Assembly (NCBI RefSeq): GCF_036321535.1
Contig: NC_087436.1
Span: forward strand, 59,088,001 to 59,152,000
Direction of reading: 5' to 3'
Length of the DNA: 64,000 nucleotides
Origin: Camelus dromedarius
Lineage: Eukaryota
Positions within the stretch are counted from its first letter, which is position 1; every line of letters begins with the position of its first letter. Position numbers and translations under genes: made by a program. Under the pieces are notes generated by a model, which saw only the letters and a program-made list of their open reading frames with translations, had not been told where the DNA came from and did no database searches. Below are positions 27,495 to 46,975 of this stretch, one piece after another.

Positions 27495-28570
27495 AATTGA
27501 TAGTCTATTTTTAAAGCAGTTTCAGATTTACAGAAAAATTGAGCAAAAACTAAAGTTCCCTTATGCTCTTCATCTTCTCACAATTTCCTCAGTTACTAAC
27601 ATCTTGCATTTGTGTAGCGTATTTGTTACAATAGAGGAATGAATATTTATATATTCTTATGGCTTACATTGGGGTTCACTCTTGGGCATTCTGTGGATTT
27701 GACAAATGCTTACTGATACATATCCACCATTACAGTATCACACAGAATAGTTTCAGTGACCTAAATATCCTCTGTACTCTACCTATTCATCCCTTCTACC
27801 CTCCCCACGAACCGCTGATTTTTTTTGCTATCTCCATAATGTAGCTTTGTCATATATTTGGAATCAAACAGGATGTAGCCTTATCAGAGTGGCTTCATTT
27901 ATTTAGCAATACATATTTATCCATGTGTTTTTGTGACTTGTTACCTCATTTCTTTTTATCACTGAACAATATTCCATTGTATGAATAGACCATATTTTCT
28001 TTACCCATTCACCTATTGAAAGACATCTTGTTTACTTGCAAGTTTTGGCCATATTGAATAAAGCTATTATAAACATCCATTGGCAGGTTATAAGTTTTCA
28101 ACTTGTTTGTTTAAATATTAAGGAATTCAATTGATGGATCATTTGGTAAGAGTATGTTTAGTTTGTAAGAAACTGCCATACTGTTTTCCAAAGTGGCTGT
28201 ACCATTTTGAACCCCTGCCAGCAAAGAATGAGTTCCTATCGCTCCATATCCTTACCAGCATATGGTGTTGTCAGTGTGTTAAATTTTTGCCATTCGAATT
28301 CATAGGTGTGTAATGGTATTTCACTGTTTTAATTTGCAGTTCCCTAATGACATATGATGTTGAGCATCTTTCAACTGCTTATTTGCCATCTGTATATCTT
28401 TTTCAGTGAGATCTCTGTTCAGGTCTTTAGCCCATTTTTTAATCAGGCCATTTGCTTCCACTGAGTTTTATGAGCTCTTTGTATATTTTGGACACAAGTC
28501 CTTTATCTGATACATCTTTTGCAAAGATTTCTCCCTGTCTCTAGCTTCTCATTTTCACTTTCTTAAGCAA
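27495..28570 (-). mobile_element. Old L1 3' end (L1MC1/2-like)
   Basis: gcagtttcagatttacagaaaaattgagca; ttccaaagtggctgtaccatttt; tgatgttgagcatcttt. Confidence 0.85.
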
Positions 28571-30649
28571 CTCTTACTTTTAATAATAATCTTCTAAAAT
28601 TTTTATAGCATTTGCAGGATTCATTTTTAACATTGTCAGTTTATATTACAACTAAGTTTAGAATCATTCATTTTATTCACTTAAGAACATTTAAATTCAA
28701 TCTTCCGAAAAGCGTCAGTGCCTTAAGACTTCACAGGCTTTAGGTAAATGAGTTTTTAATGTTAAAATCCTGGCAATTACAATAGTTATATATATGGCCA
28801 TCTGCAAAACTGAAAGTGAATAAAAATTTGATAAGATTTTCTTTGCAGGCTATTTGTGACCTTTATATTTTTATACTGATTAGGGAATACACTAACAAAC
28901 CAAAAATACTCCTCTGGCAGGGACATTCTCCAGAAAGGAGCTTTAACTCTGAAACATCAATCATGTTTTCCCTTTTAAGAAGAAAGACCATAACTTTCAT
29001 TACTTAATTCCGCTTCAATCTTTCAAGTGTTCTTTAGAGGATTTCAGATTGTGGTTTAAGTACAATAAGAAGCAAATTAGGAAATTTATAAAACATTTAA
29101 TGAAAATAGGAGTTGATTCAACAAGTACAAAGAAGGCATAACAAATTTTAGAGTAAGTTTCAACACCTTTACCTGCCAAGACTGCAACCACAATTTAGAG
29201 GGACTCTGAACTCTATACTTAGAAGTAATTAACTGCCAGCCCTGGCTATGAATTCTCCAAGGGTAGTTTTTTTCTTATATAATATTTTAAATGTTATTGA
29301 ACGTATTAAAAAAAATCAGGAGATTTCACATTAAAATCAACTCTTTCAGAATCCCTTTTAAAATAATCACTTACAGCAAAGGTCTGTGACACTAGTAATA
29401 CCCACCCTCTTTAGACAGCCTCTCCTACAGCTTGCCATTGAAACTCCATGCCTACCTCATTCTGCACCCATCCCTTCACTCATTTTGTTACCTCCAGGCA
29501 CCTGTTGATGTTTGATTTTGTAATCCCTGTTCTCTATACCACATTCACTACTGGCCTTTTGAATTCTATAAATTATAGAGATTTTTAAAAATGTGATATT
29601 TGACCTTAAGATATTAGTTTTCCAGAGAGTAATTAGTATGTATCAAAGTCATCCTGACCAATTGATGACTGAATAACATTACCTGCATATGAAAATTCAC
29701 CACTTTCAGATGCAAATGTCAATTAAATACATATAATCTCATCAGCTGTACATAAATCTATCAATTTTAATGGAAAAAGATCTTTTAAAAGAAAATAACA
29801 TAACAAAAACCATGTTCATTTAGTAGTCCATACAGTTTGAATTTACAAAATGGAAATAGACATTATTTGATAATTATTGTTCACTTATTGTAGATCAAGC
29901 ACTGTGCAAGGTGTGGACAAAAGGAATGTAAAGATGCTAAGCATTACCTTTTCTAGAAAGCTGTGGTGAACTTTGTAATTTTCTTAGGAGCTCCTGTATC
30001 TGATTTTTTTAATGTAAAATATTAGTCGGGATTGTCATCCCAAACCTTAGGGGAATTCTCTTTATTGAGGCATTTTTTTCCCCACAAACTGCATTTTTCA
30101 ATGTGCATTTATTACCTAGCAACCAAACCATAAAAAACTAATGTTAGATCTCAGATTGATAGGGTTTTTTGCTAGCTGTAGTATAAAATTTTTTTTTATG
30201 ATGAAACCCATAGAAATTTCCTCCACCACAACAAAGGATTTAAGAATTATTGTACCAGCTTGCTCACTTCAGGAAGGCACATTTCAGCTTTCAGGGATTC
30301 CTGATTGATATTCTTTGAAGTGCTGAAAACACCATGCTAGTAAATGATACCCTACAGACTAAAATCATCTTTTCTTCTGTAGAACTATAGGCCAATATAG
30401 TATAAACCTTCCTGTGACAGACAGACTAGAGCCCTCTTGGCATCAAATGACAGTATCATTTCAGATCATGATGGAAACCTCAGCAAACACAGCCAGTGAG
30501 AAACACTTAGCCTGGCCAACGCTTTCCCTTTGGCTTTCCTTAGATTTGTGCATAATCTTGGGAAACCTTTTTACTTGCTTCTAGGAATGAATACTATTCT
30601 GAAATGTGTTTATGACCTCAGAACTTAGTTAAACAAGTACCTTGAGAGT

Positions 30650-30872
30650 CAGAGCACTCAGCGGTCAAGACCTTGGGCTCTGAAGCCAGATTGGCTAAAT
30701 TTGAATCATGACTCCTTACATTCTAGCTGTGTGGTTACTATTACACACTCTGTTCCTCAGTATCCTCACAATCTCTATTTCATAGGATTGTTTTGAGATT
30801 AAAATAAAGTTACTCAAGTAAAACACTTAGACTAGAGCACACAGTAAATAATCAATAGATGGTAGCTATTAT
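30650..30872 (+). mobile_element. MIR SINE
   Basis: gggctctgaagccaga...cataggattgttttgagattaaa...gtaaaacacttag...caatagatggtagctatt. Confidence 0.85.
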
Positions 30873-31327
30873 TTTAAGTTATTTATCTTGCTGGAGAGTC
30901 AAAAATCTATGTGGGACCTTGATCATGGTTGGTGACATTTGCATTTAGAATGTATAATGACTTCCTGCAACATTTCCAAGAGTGGTCCTTAGAAAAGTTT
31001 TCAGGCATCTTCAAGTCTCCAACTCCACCTTTCACTTTCATTAGCTGGCCTCCTGGCCTACTTTTCTGAAATGATGGAGATTTTCTAAAGGGAAGCCTTT
31101 CAATGGCCTCTTTTTCATTTATAAATGCCACTGGGTCATTGTGTTCCTACTCTAACTTTGCTATTGATGTTTAGGAAGAACACTCTCCCTTTCTTATCAC
31201 AACTGATTACTCTGCTTGTACTCTTGATTTTATTCTCTATTCCCTACTCTGAGCTCACCAAGTGTTTACTCTCTTGTTAACAACTATATAACTTCTACTT
31301 GTCCCCCAACTCACTACTTTTATCCAA

Positions 31328-31442
31328 AGTGACTGTATCTCCAGCATACCAGGGACAATCTTACTTTTATAGCATGGTTATTGTTTGGTATCTCCTTTTA
31401 ACAGTGTCCCAATTGGGACAATAAGATGCAAGGTCATCTTAT
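31328..31442. mobile_element. MER94-like hAT MITE remnant
   Basis: gtgactgtat...ccagggaca...tgtcccaattgggaca...aaggtcatct, with imperfect inverted ends. Confidence 0.45.
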
Positions 31443-32409
31443 AGGCTACACCTGGGTCTGCACTTGGCCCCTAAACAAGCAAGTGTGAAGGTTTTTTATT
31501 CTTTACATTAATACCTGATCCCTCTGCCATAATTCCTGCTTCCACTCTTCTCAGTCTTTTAAATAATTCCTTTTCCTCCTCTAACCTCCAAATATAGACA
31601 TTATCAAGTTTGATATATTTCTTTCCTTCTCTTCTCCTTTTTTCTTTTTACTCTCTTCAATATTTCAACCACTTTCTCACAGCCTGGGAATCTCCAATAT
31701 ATTTCTCTATTTCCAAACACCCTACTGAATCATGATCCTGCATTCTCACCTCCTTGATGTATCTTCTTCTGTACATCATGCCTACTCTTCTAGACACATT
31801 TCAGGTTTTCAGCCTTTTAAACAGAATAATCAAATAGCCTGCTACCTGGTCTCTAAGGTCTTCTTTTTCTAATTCACTCTTACTTTTACTGCCAGAAAAA
31901 ATTTTCTGAACCTCAGACTGCATAGAAAACAAACACGTCAAAAAAAAAAAATCCTGAAAGTCAAGACCGTTAATAATATGGCCCACACCAATTTTCAAAC
32001 ATTTCAGTGTAGAATCACATCTTGTAGGATTTAGCTTTATTCTGTAGTATTTGAATATAGGGATTTCTTTTTAACATAAATGTGTTTTGGGAATGGGCCA
32101 ACTAGGAGAAAAGTTTTATAGATGCTTATAATAAAACACTTGTGAATTTTAAAAATGCTGGACCTAAAAGATGGAGGAAATCAGGGAGTCTGAACAATTA
32201 GGTATCTTAGAGATACCTCCAGCTTTGAGGAAATGGGCAAGTTGTAGTGATGACAGGCAGAGTCCTTTGTAATGTTAAAAAGTGTGAGCCTGCTGAATTG
32301 TGCAGAGATGTATGTCTTCTGACCAGTGTGTTAACGAGCAGTCTAGCCAGAAAAGTGAATTATGTTTCTGGATGTCTCTGTATCGTTTGACATAGTAAGT
32401 GCTCTCTCA

Positions 32410-33635
32410 CTTTCTCAGCTGGCTTTCAAGATACTATACTCGTCTAGTTTTTCTCAGCCCCTTGGCTTCATTGTTAGTGTTTTCTCCCACAGCATTCAGT
32501 CCTTGATTTTATACTCTTTTCCCAAATTACCATTCTAGATAATCTCACTAAGTCTCATGGTTTAGATGGAATCTGCATGGTCAGAACTCCGAAATTAATA
32601 ATTGCAGCTCCACCTTCTGTCCTGAGATCCAGACTGTGAGAACCTTCTCAACATTTCCACTGGGATGCCTAATAAACTTCTCAAAATTAACAGAAATAAA
32701 AGATAAGTCTTAATTATGCTGCACTTGCCAAATAAGTAATCACACAAAAACATTTCTTCATGTGATCTTCCATTTAGTTAATATTGCCACCCCAGTTTTT
32801 GTAGACCAAAAATCCAGGATTTTTTCTTGATTCTTCTGTCCCATCGCTTTATATCTTATCCAGACAAAAAATTCCTGAAAGAGTTACCTTCAAAATATAA
32901 ACCAATTACAAAACACTGCTACCAGCCTAGTATAAGCTACTAGCATCTTATGGAGTCTTCAGTCTATGCTGAAGTCTTCTGTTTCCTCACTTGTACTCTG
33001 GTTCCCCTGCAGTCTCTTCCTGACATACCAGTTACAGTGTTTTAAAAATATACACATAAGATTGTATCATTTTCCTGTTCAAACTCTCCAAAGACTTTCC
33101 TACACAATTATATTAAAATCCAAACTCCTTACTATGCTCCTTGAAGCCCTAGGTAATCTTGCCCACATCCTCTTTACATTTCCTTCCCATAACTCTCCTA
33201 AATCACTGTGCTCCTCCCATACTGGTATTAATACTGCTCTTTAGCCACATGAAGTTGTTTATTTCTTTAGGGCCTGTGGATTGTCTCTTCCTTCTGCCTG
33301 GAAAAACTTTCCTTTGTATCTTCTCTTTGTTTGCTTCACTGCTTCATACAGATCTTTACTCAGTTATCTTCCTCAAAGAATTCTTTCATTCTGTTAAAAG
33401 CCATCATTATTTTCCATCACTCTCTACTGCTCTCTATGCTTTACTTTTTTAAAATGTGGAACTCATTATAACCTGCAGTTTTATATTTATTTGTTTGTTC
33501 ATTAAGGTCTTTTAATAAAATACACTTTCTATGTGGAATTTTATGGATCTTAGTTCAAAAAATACATCAACAGGCCTAGTAGTCAATGCCTGGCACATAG
33601 CAGATCCCCAATAAACACTTTTTGAATAAATGTTA
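32410..33635 (+). mobile_element. LINE-2 fragment with 3' end
   Basis: tctcatggtttaga, aaaatccaaactccttac and the 3' end gcctggcacatagcagatccccaataaacactttttgaataaatg. Confidence 0.85.
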
Positions 33636-35649
33636 TAGGGACTTTGGGTAGTAGAATTTCTTTAATGTGTATCTTGGCATTATCAAAAATCTATGCTCTA
33701 CAAAGGATAGGCTTTACTCAATATGGAATCTTGTGTCTTATTTCCATGTGAAAGGCTTGTTACCAATTTGAGTTAAGGCAGTGCTTATAATGCTTATTGA
33801 ATTTAGCATTTAGAAAGAGCCACAAATGATTGACTCATATGCTACTAGAAGTCTTTTCTATAACATACTCTAAGCTTACATTTGAATAATTTCATTCTTG
33901 GGACCCACTATTTCCCAAGGTAGTCTTCACTATTACAAAATTATTTTGTATTTCAGATATTGATTTATGGTTAAATACATATTAAATTATCACAGTGGTT
34001 TCAGCATATTGGTATTAGTTTATCTTTAAAGCGTCTCTCTATTATAAGCAAGCCATTATATTTCTGTACTTTGGTTAAGAAAACCTTTTCTTTAAAAATC
34101 AATTTTCCATATTTCCTAGAAGGCAAATAATGGTTAATTAAGGCTGTTTCAACATAGTGCATTTGACATTTTCCCTTAGGAACACTTGACATGGCCCCCC
34201 AAATAACCTATACCATTAGACTTCAAGCTGTTTTGTTTTCCCATATTTCTTTCTTCTTAAACAAGTAATGTGCAGAGAAGACATCCTATGCCATCCCTGA
34301 GCTTCATACTTGCCTCATCCTTACTCTTAAACTCCACCTCCTCCCTCATCCCATCCCTAAGGCTCACTGCATGGCCAACATACCCTGGGGATAGAAGTCA
34401 GAATGAGAGGAAGAGCCAGTGATGCCTATTGCACATATTATTTGGTTACAAAAGTTAATAGCTTTTAAATTTTGACATGTGAAAACATCCTCAGTGTCAA
34501 AACAGCTATAATTTGCTTGGCTCTTCCAAACCATGCTCCTTTGTCCCTGACGTTGAATAAAATACATAATTAAGATAACACTCCCCAACCATCTTTCTAT
34601 TTTTATCCCCTAGAAGCTCTCACTCGATGCCCTGGCTACATATACTGCTTCCTTTCATCCTGTAAACCTTTGCATGCACTCTTGATATCCCATTTGCCTC
34701 CTGCTTTTGGCTCACATGCCAAGTTTCAGCTCAAAGAGAAATCCCTCTGCAAAGGCTTCCTCAACTCCAAAAATAGTTTATTCTCTTTCCTACTCAACCA
34801 TTGCATTTTGTACATATCTTCATAAGACACTCTCCACATTGTGTTGTAATCCTTGAGAGATATATATCTGCCTTCTAGCATGAGGGTTTGCTAAGGACTA
34901 AGTCCATGGTCACCTAAAGATTTGACAGTGTTGAGAATATGCAGTTGTGAATTACATTTCAAAATGTACTGATTAAAAATTAGGATCCAAGATGGGTCTC
35001 CAGTTTTGGGGTAGCAGCAAATAGCAAAGGATAGGTAGATCTACATTCACTGTCTTTTATAAGAGTCACAGCTATGCTGGGCTAACCTTGGCATAAATCA
35101 TTGCCACAAATAAGCACAGGAACTTCTAGCTGATGAGGATTATATTTTAATTGTCTTGGCACATAGCATATGTTCAGTTGCTGTGTAATAATTGTGTAAT
35201 TGTGTTGGAATTCCTCTTGCTCTGTCACTTAGGTAGAGAGGTTTAGGGAACAACAAGGTGCAATGTCTTCCAGTGAGTAGATACATAATCAAGATTTATC
35301 ATTTCACTTCATTTTTCCCCAATTATTTTATTATCTCCTTAGAATAAATGAAATAATAGACAACAATAGTGTAATTGAGTCCTATTGAATTGAGTTTGAG
35401 TGTCAAATATTAGAAAGCTTGGCTGTTCACTTGAGTCAGATAATTTTTTAATTTATTCTTTTATACACATTTCATTCATTCACTGAGCACCGGTATGTGC
35501 TGGGCTGTATAAGAAGACAAAATCCTGACCTTATGGAGATTTTATTTAGGTAAATTCACAGCTATAGATATGTATAAGCCATGATCATGTAAGTAGTCTA
35601 GAAACATTCCAGAATTCTAGAATCCTCATTGTTTATGGAAGAGACTGAC

Positions 35650-36040
35650 TACCTCATTGGGTAATGTGTTTTTCTCTTTTTCCCTGGGCAAATATCTAAA
35701 CTGTATTTCCCAGACTTTCTTGGAAGTAGGTGTAGTCATAGACGAAGTTCTAGATGATGGAATATGAGCAGGTGAATACATGCATCACTTACAGACCTGA
35801 CCCATGAAAGTCTCCCACGTGGGATGCTCCGTACTCTGTCCTTCTGCCAGATGGATGCAGAGAAGCACAGTGGCACTGGAAGCCTAAATATTGTAGATGA
35901 TAGAGCCACTACAGGAGTCAGCCCTTGGAAGAAAAACATCCACTCTTAGGGGCGCCTGATTTCTTTTTTACCTAAGCAAGAGATAAACCACTGAGATTTT
36001 GAAGTTTTATCTGTTAAAACAGTATTGTCTTACTAACAAA
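35650..36040. mobile_element. Old ERVL/MaLR-type LTR remnant
   Basis: tatttcccagactttcttggaagtaggtgtagtcat...gatggaatatgagcagg...aaaccactgagatttt. Confidence 0.55.
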
Positions 36041-37719
36041 CCAGGCTTTACTGCCTCTTTCTCCATATGGGATATCATCAAAATCCCAAAATTTAAGAGA
36101 GTATTGAATATTAAAATTCAGAATACAAGAAAAGGAGTGTTGGAGACATAATGTGTTCCTTTTTGCAGCTCGTTTGAATAGAAGGAGATAGAGAGGCTGT
36201 GGCAACTAATGAGGAGGGAAACAGGGTAAGTCCCAGTGGCCTGCTACACGGAAGAAAGGAAAACATGAAGGTTGTGATTTGAGGCTTAAGAGAGGGTATT
36301 TCTCAATGAAAGAAAATACTATGTGGATTTTCCTGCATTTCTGGAATGAAAGTTTTTTGGGAGAAGGGAGTTTAAAAGTAGGCTTCCATTCATAGTACAT
36401 ATCCCAGGGTTTAAAATACTGCCTGCCACAAAGTAGACTCTCCATAAAAATCTGTTAAGAGAATAAGTCAATTTCTAATACTTAGAGCCTCTCAAATTAA
36501 TCACGATAATGTCCAGATTGAACATAAACACATCCTAATATGAAAATTGATTACAGACGGTCATCACAATTGCCTAACAGGTCTCCCATTTCCAGTGAAT
36601 ATCGTTAAGCATTTAAAATTCTATCAATGTAACTAATCAAGAACTCCTAAGGGTGATACCAAATCCAGCATCTGTTCCTCATCTCAACTGTTTAAGCAAT
36701 CAATTTAGGTTTTTTATACAACTGGAGAACAGAAGAGCAAATTGTCCAGTGAGTTGACAGTGACAGAGAAAGAGGAGAGTGAGCCTAGGAAATCAATCAG
36801 GATAAGAGGACAGCAAAGAACACCCCTTACATATGTAAAGAGATCCCAGCAAAGAACACCAACCTACTGCTACCTCTCCAGTGCTTGCCACTCAGCTGGG
36901 GTTCTTTGGAGCTCTGTGAGATGTCAGTAAGGATTCTTCAGGAAACAACAATCTGATAAAATATACAGTTCTTCTTTTAAAGCATCATATATTGTGTGAA
37001 GCTAGCCCTTGTAATGATGACAGTGAGCAAGAATCCCCATTAGCAATTTCTTTAGAGGTTTTTCACTCCTCTAGGGCAGTGGGTAGTAGAATCATGATAC
37101 TTTGGTTCAGTTTATTCTCAGATTTTGATGTAATTATGGACATAATGTAGAGGTGAACACTGCATTGTACAGAGGGGAGTGTGTAGGCTGGTGGCAACCG
37201 CTTCTCTCTCATAAATTACCTCCCCAGTCTCCTTATATACAGACAGGTTCTCTCAATGTAAGTAAAGAATCAGAGGGAAATTTTCATTCTAAAGATGGAA
37301 GTTTTATGTGCTGTCAGTCATCTGCCCTCTTCTACTTTATTATTGTAAATGTTACAATATTTGGATTGTGTAGGTCAGAAGTGAATCATTCTGTGAAGGT
37401 TTTATATTTTTGTGATACTTGTTTATCTTTTATTACACATATGCTAATTTATTTATTTTGGTATTTTATTTTATATTTTATTATTATTTGTGTTTTGACA
37501 ATATGCCTAGTTGTTGAATTTGTGCAAGCGTGTATGGAAGAAAGCAGATGCTGGGTCTTGTCCTAGGGATGGGTCTGATCAGTTTAATGATGCATGACTC
37601 ATGACTGTGTAAATATGTTAATTCTCTGAGTTGTACACTTTTAAAGGGTGAAACATAGGGTATGTGAATATCTTGATAGTTTTTATCTAAAATATTAATG
37701 ATGAAAAATTATATTCTGA

Positions 37720-38300
37720 TTCCTGTCACCACACTAGTGCTACAAGGAACATACATACCAAAGACGCTGTGTTTACACTGAGAGCTACTTACAAATGGGT
37801 ACTATATGGGCTGAAATGTCCATACAGGTTGTCCTATTTCACTCCGCTGTATGTGGGAAATAACTTGAAAATATCACAATGTCTCCCGAAAAATTGAAAC
37901 AAAGCTTAACTACAAGTCACAGGAATTTGACAACTAAAAGTGCTTATTTCTTAAAGTGCTATTAGAATATCAAAACAAGCACAGTAAAACACTTTTAAAA
38001 AACAATCATATTTAGTGAAAAGATATAGAACATAAGTTATTTACTGGCAGAACTTATTCAGGAAAGGAAATGCCAGATGGTGAAAAAATAATAATGTTAG
38101 CATATAAAATTATAGTGAGTAAAATGCTGGGATGACATAAGTATGAGGAATTAGTGTTCTCTCAATATGATAGGTCAACGTATTATTGACGTTTTACATA
38201 ATGCTAAAGAAAATTTGGATAATATATTGAAAAATAACAGCTTCTCTATCCAGGTTGATGAAGCAATATATTTCACCAATAAATGCCATGTCACATGTCA
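37720..38300 (+). mobile_element. Fossil hAT-Charlie (Buster/ZBED5-like) transposase fragment
   Basis: Manual translation gives SYLLAELI, IIVSKMLG and LKNNSFSIQVDEAIYFTNKCHV (FSIQVDE from 38242). These match Charlie transposase motifs around the first catalytic Asp; frameshifted. Confidence 0.8.
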
Positions 38301-38309
38301 CCCAACACA

Positions 38310-38745
38310 ATGTTAACCATGACTACTTTTAAACAAATTTATCTTTTAAATCTATTAAGAATAAGCTATACCTAGGTATAGATTTTTAAATATTTTTCTA
38401 CTTAATGTTCTCTGAACTTCCTGAATCTGAAGTATAGTGTCTGTTATTAATTTCGGAAAATTCTCAGCTACTAAAACTTCAAATATTTCTTCTGCTCCAT
38501 TCTCTTTTTTTTTTTTTCTTTTTCTGGTATCCCAATTACACATATACTACATTTTTTAAAAAATTTCCTATAGTTCTTGGGTCTTGTTCTGTTTTTATTA
38601 ACTCTATTCTTCCTCTTTGCCTTTCAGTTTGGAAAGTTTCTGTTGACTTATTGTCAAGCTCACTGTCTCTATTCAACTATGTCCAGTCTTCTGATGAACC
38701 CATCTAAGGCATTATTCACTTCTGTAACAATGTTTTTGATTTTCC
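38310..38745 (-). mobile_element. Old L1 ORF1 fragment
   Basis: ORF 38355..38543 ENGAEEIFEVLVAENFPKLITDTILQIQEVQRT is the L1 ORF1 RRM region. Confidence 0.85.
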
Positions 38746-45110
<6,365 letters not shown>

Positions 45111-46400
45111 CATTTGCAAATATTTTCTCCCATTCTGTAGGTTGATTTTTTGTTTTGTCAAATATTTCCTTTGCTGTGCAAAAGCTTTTAAGTTTATTTA
45201 GGTCATATTTGTTTATTTTTGCTTTTATTTCTTTTGCCTTGAGACACAGAACCAAAAACTATTGCTCTGATTTGTGTCAGAGTATTTTACGTTTATTATC
45301 TTATAGGAGTTTTATGGCTTCAGGTCTTACATTTAGGTGTTTAATCCATTTGGAGTTTATTTTTGTATATGGTGTGAGGTAATGTTCTAATTTCATTGTT
45401 TTACATGTAGCTGTCCAATTTTCCCAGCACTGCTTGTAGTAGAGATTGTCTTTTTTCCATTGTATATTCTTGCCTCTTTTATCATAGATTAATTGACCGT
45501 AAGTGTGTGGGTTTATTTTGGGGCTCTCTGTTTGGTTGCATTGATCTGTGTATCTGTTTTTGTGCCAGCATCATGCTGTTTAGATCACTGTAGCTTTATA
45601 ATATAGCCTGAAAACTGTAAACGTGTTTCTTCCAGCTTTATTTTTCCTCAAGATTGCTTTGGCAAATCAGAGACATACATGGTTGTTCATGAATTTTAGG
45701 ATTATTTGCTTTAGTTCTGAGAAAAATGTCAGCAATTTTTAAAGGAATTAAATTAAATCTTCAGGTTTCTTTGGATAGTGTAGATATTTTAACAATATTA
45801 ACTCTTCCTATCCAAAAACATGGGCTATTTTTCCATTTCTTTCTGTCATCTTCAATTTCCTTCATCAGCAAGTTACAGTTTTCAGAGCATAGATCTTTCA
45901 CTTCCTTTGTTAAGCTTATCCTTAGGTATTTTATTCTTTTTGATATGATTTAAGTGGGATTTAAAAATTTTCCTCCTCCTGGTAGTTCTTCATTAGTGTA
46001 TAGAAAAGCAACTGATTACTGTATATTAATCTTGTATCCTACAGCTTTGCTTAATTCCCCATAGTTCTATAGTTTTGGGGTAGAGACTTTAGGGTTTTCT
46101 ATATAAAGTATCATGTCATCTGCAAATTCTCTTCTAATTTTGATGCGTTTGATTTCTTGTGTGATTGCTGTGGCCAGGACACCCAATACTGTGAGAAACA
46201 GAAATGGTAAGAGTGAGCATCCCTGTCTTCTTCCTGAATTCAGAGGAAAGGCTTTCAGGTTTTTACTGTTGAGTATGATGTGGCTGTGGGTTTGTCATAA
46301 ATGGTCTTTATTTACTGAAATGTGTTCCCTCTGTACTTGCTTTGATTAGAGCTTTCATCATGAGTGGAAGTTAAATTTTGTCAAATGCTTTGCATGTGTC
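45111..46400 (-). mobile_element. Second L1 ORF2 (RT to C-terminal) segment, lacking its own 3' end
   Basis: tttgcaaatattttctcccattctgtaggttg...gagtgagcatccctgtcttcttcctga repeats ORF2 sequence already present at ~39820-43200. Confidence 0.88.
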
Positions 46401-46975
46401 TATGTGGAGCTGAGTCGTGGAGCAAGATAGGCCAGAGCAGGCACTCAGCTGTTTGGGGAGACTGGTGGGTCATTGTGGGAAACTAGCCAGAAGCCCCCTC
46501 TCCCACCCCATAGTTTCAGTCTGCTTCCTATGCCTTGTTTTAGAAGTAAGCAAGTGTGTGTGTGCTCTTCATGAGGGGAATCTAGGTTTCTTGTAACCTC
46601 ACTGTCAGTCCCACTGGTTTTCAAACCAGCTAAGTGGACTCATCCTCCTGGTGTCAGACCCCAGGTTTGGGGCACCCGATATGTGTTTCAAACTGCTCAC
46701 TCCCTGGGAGGAATTTTGAGCTTGTGTAATCCCCCAGCTCTTCTGTGTCCCTGCCCAAGGGCACAGGTCTCAACCTGATTGCTTCTCTTTCCTTCCTACC
46801 CAGATTTTTGTGGATCTTTCTTACAGCCCTGGTTGTGTGAGAGTCTTTTTGCCAGTTGCCAGTTTGTCTTTGGTGAGAACTGCTCCACATGTAGATGTCT
46901 TTTTGATGTATTTGTAGGGGTATGGGTGGAGGTGTAGTGGAGTTCTCCTACTCCATCATCTTGATCTTTTCCTTT
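46401..46975 (-). mobile_element. L1 5' UTR (first ~575 bp) joined directly to mid-ORF2
   Basis: Visibly homologous to 21228-21745 (e.g. cagtttcagtctgcttcc, gctcttcatgagg, ctttcttacagccctggtt, gagaactgctccacatgtag). Confidence 0.85.

Noticed and set aside
35938..35960. CTCF-like motif ccactcttaggggcgcc
   Set aside because: Spacing departs from the CTCF core and it lies in an LTR remnant; not supportable from sequence alone.
37153..37566. 137-aa ORF
   Set aside because: GTG start, low-complexity T-rich tail, no recognisable domain or splice context.
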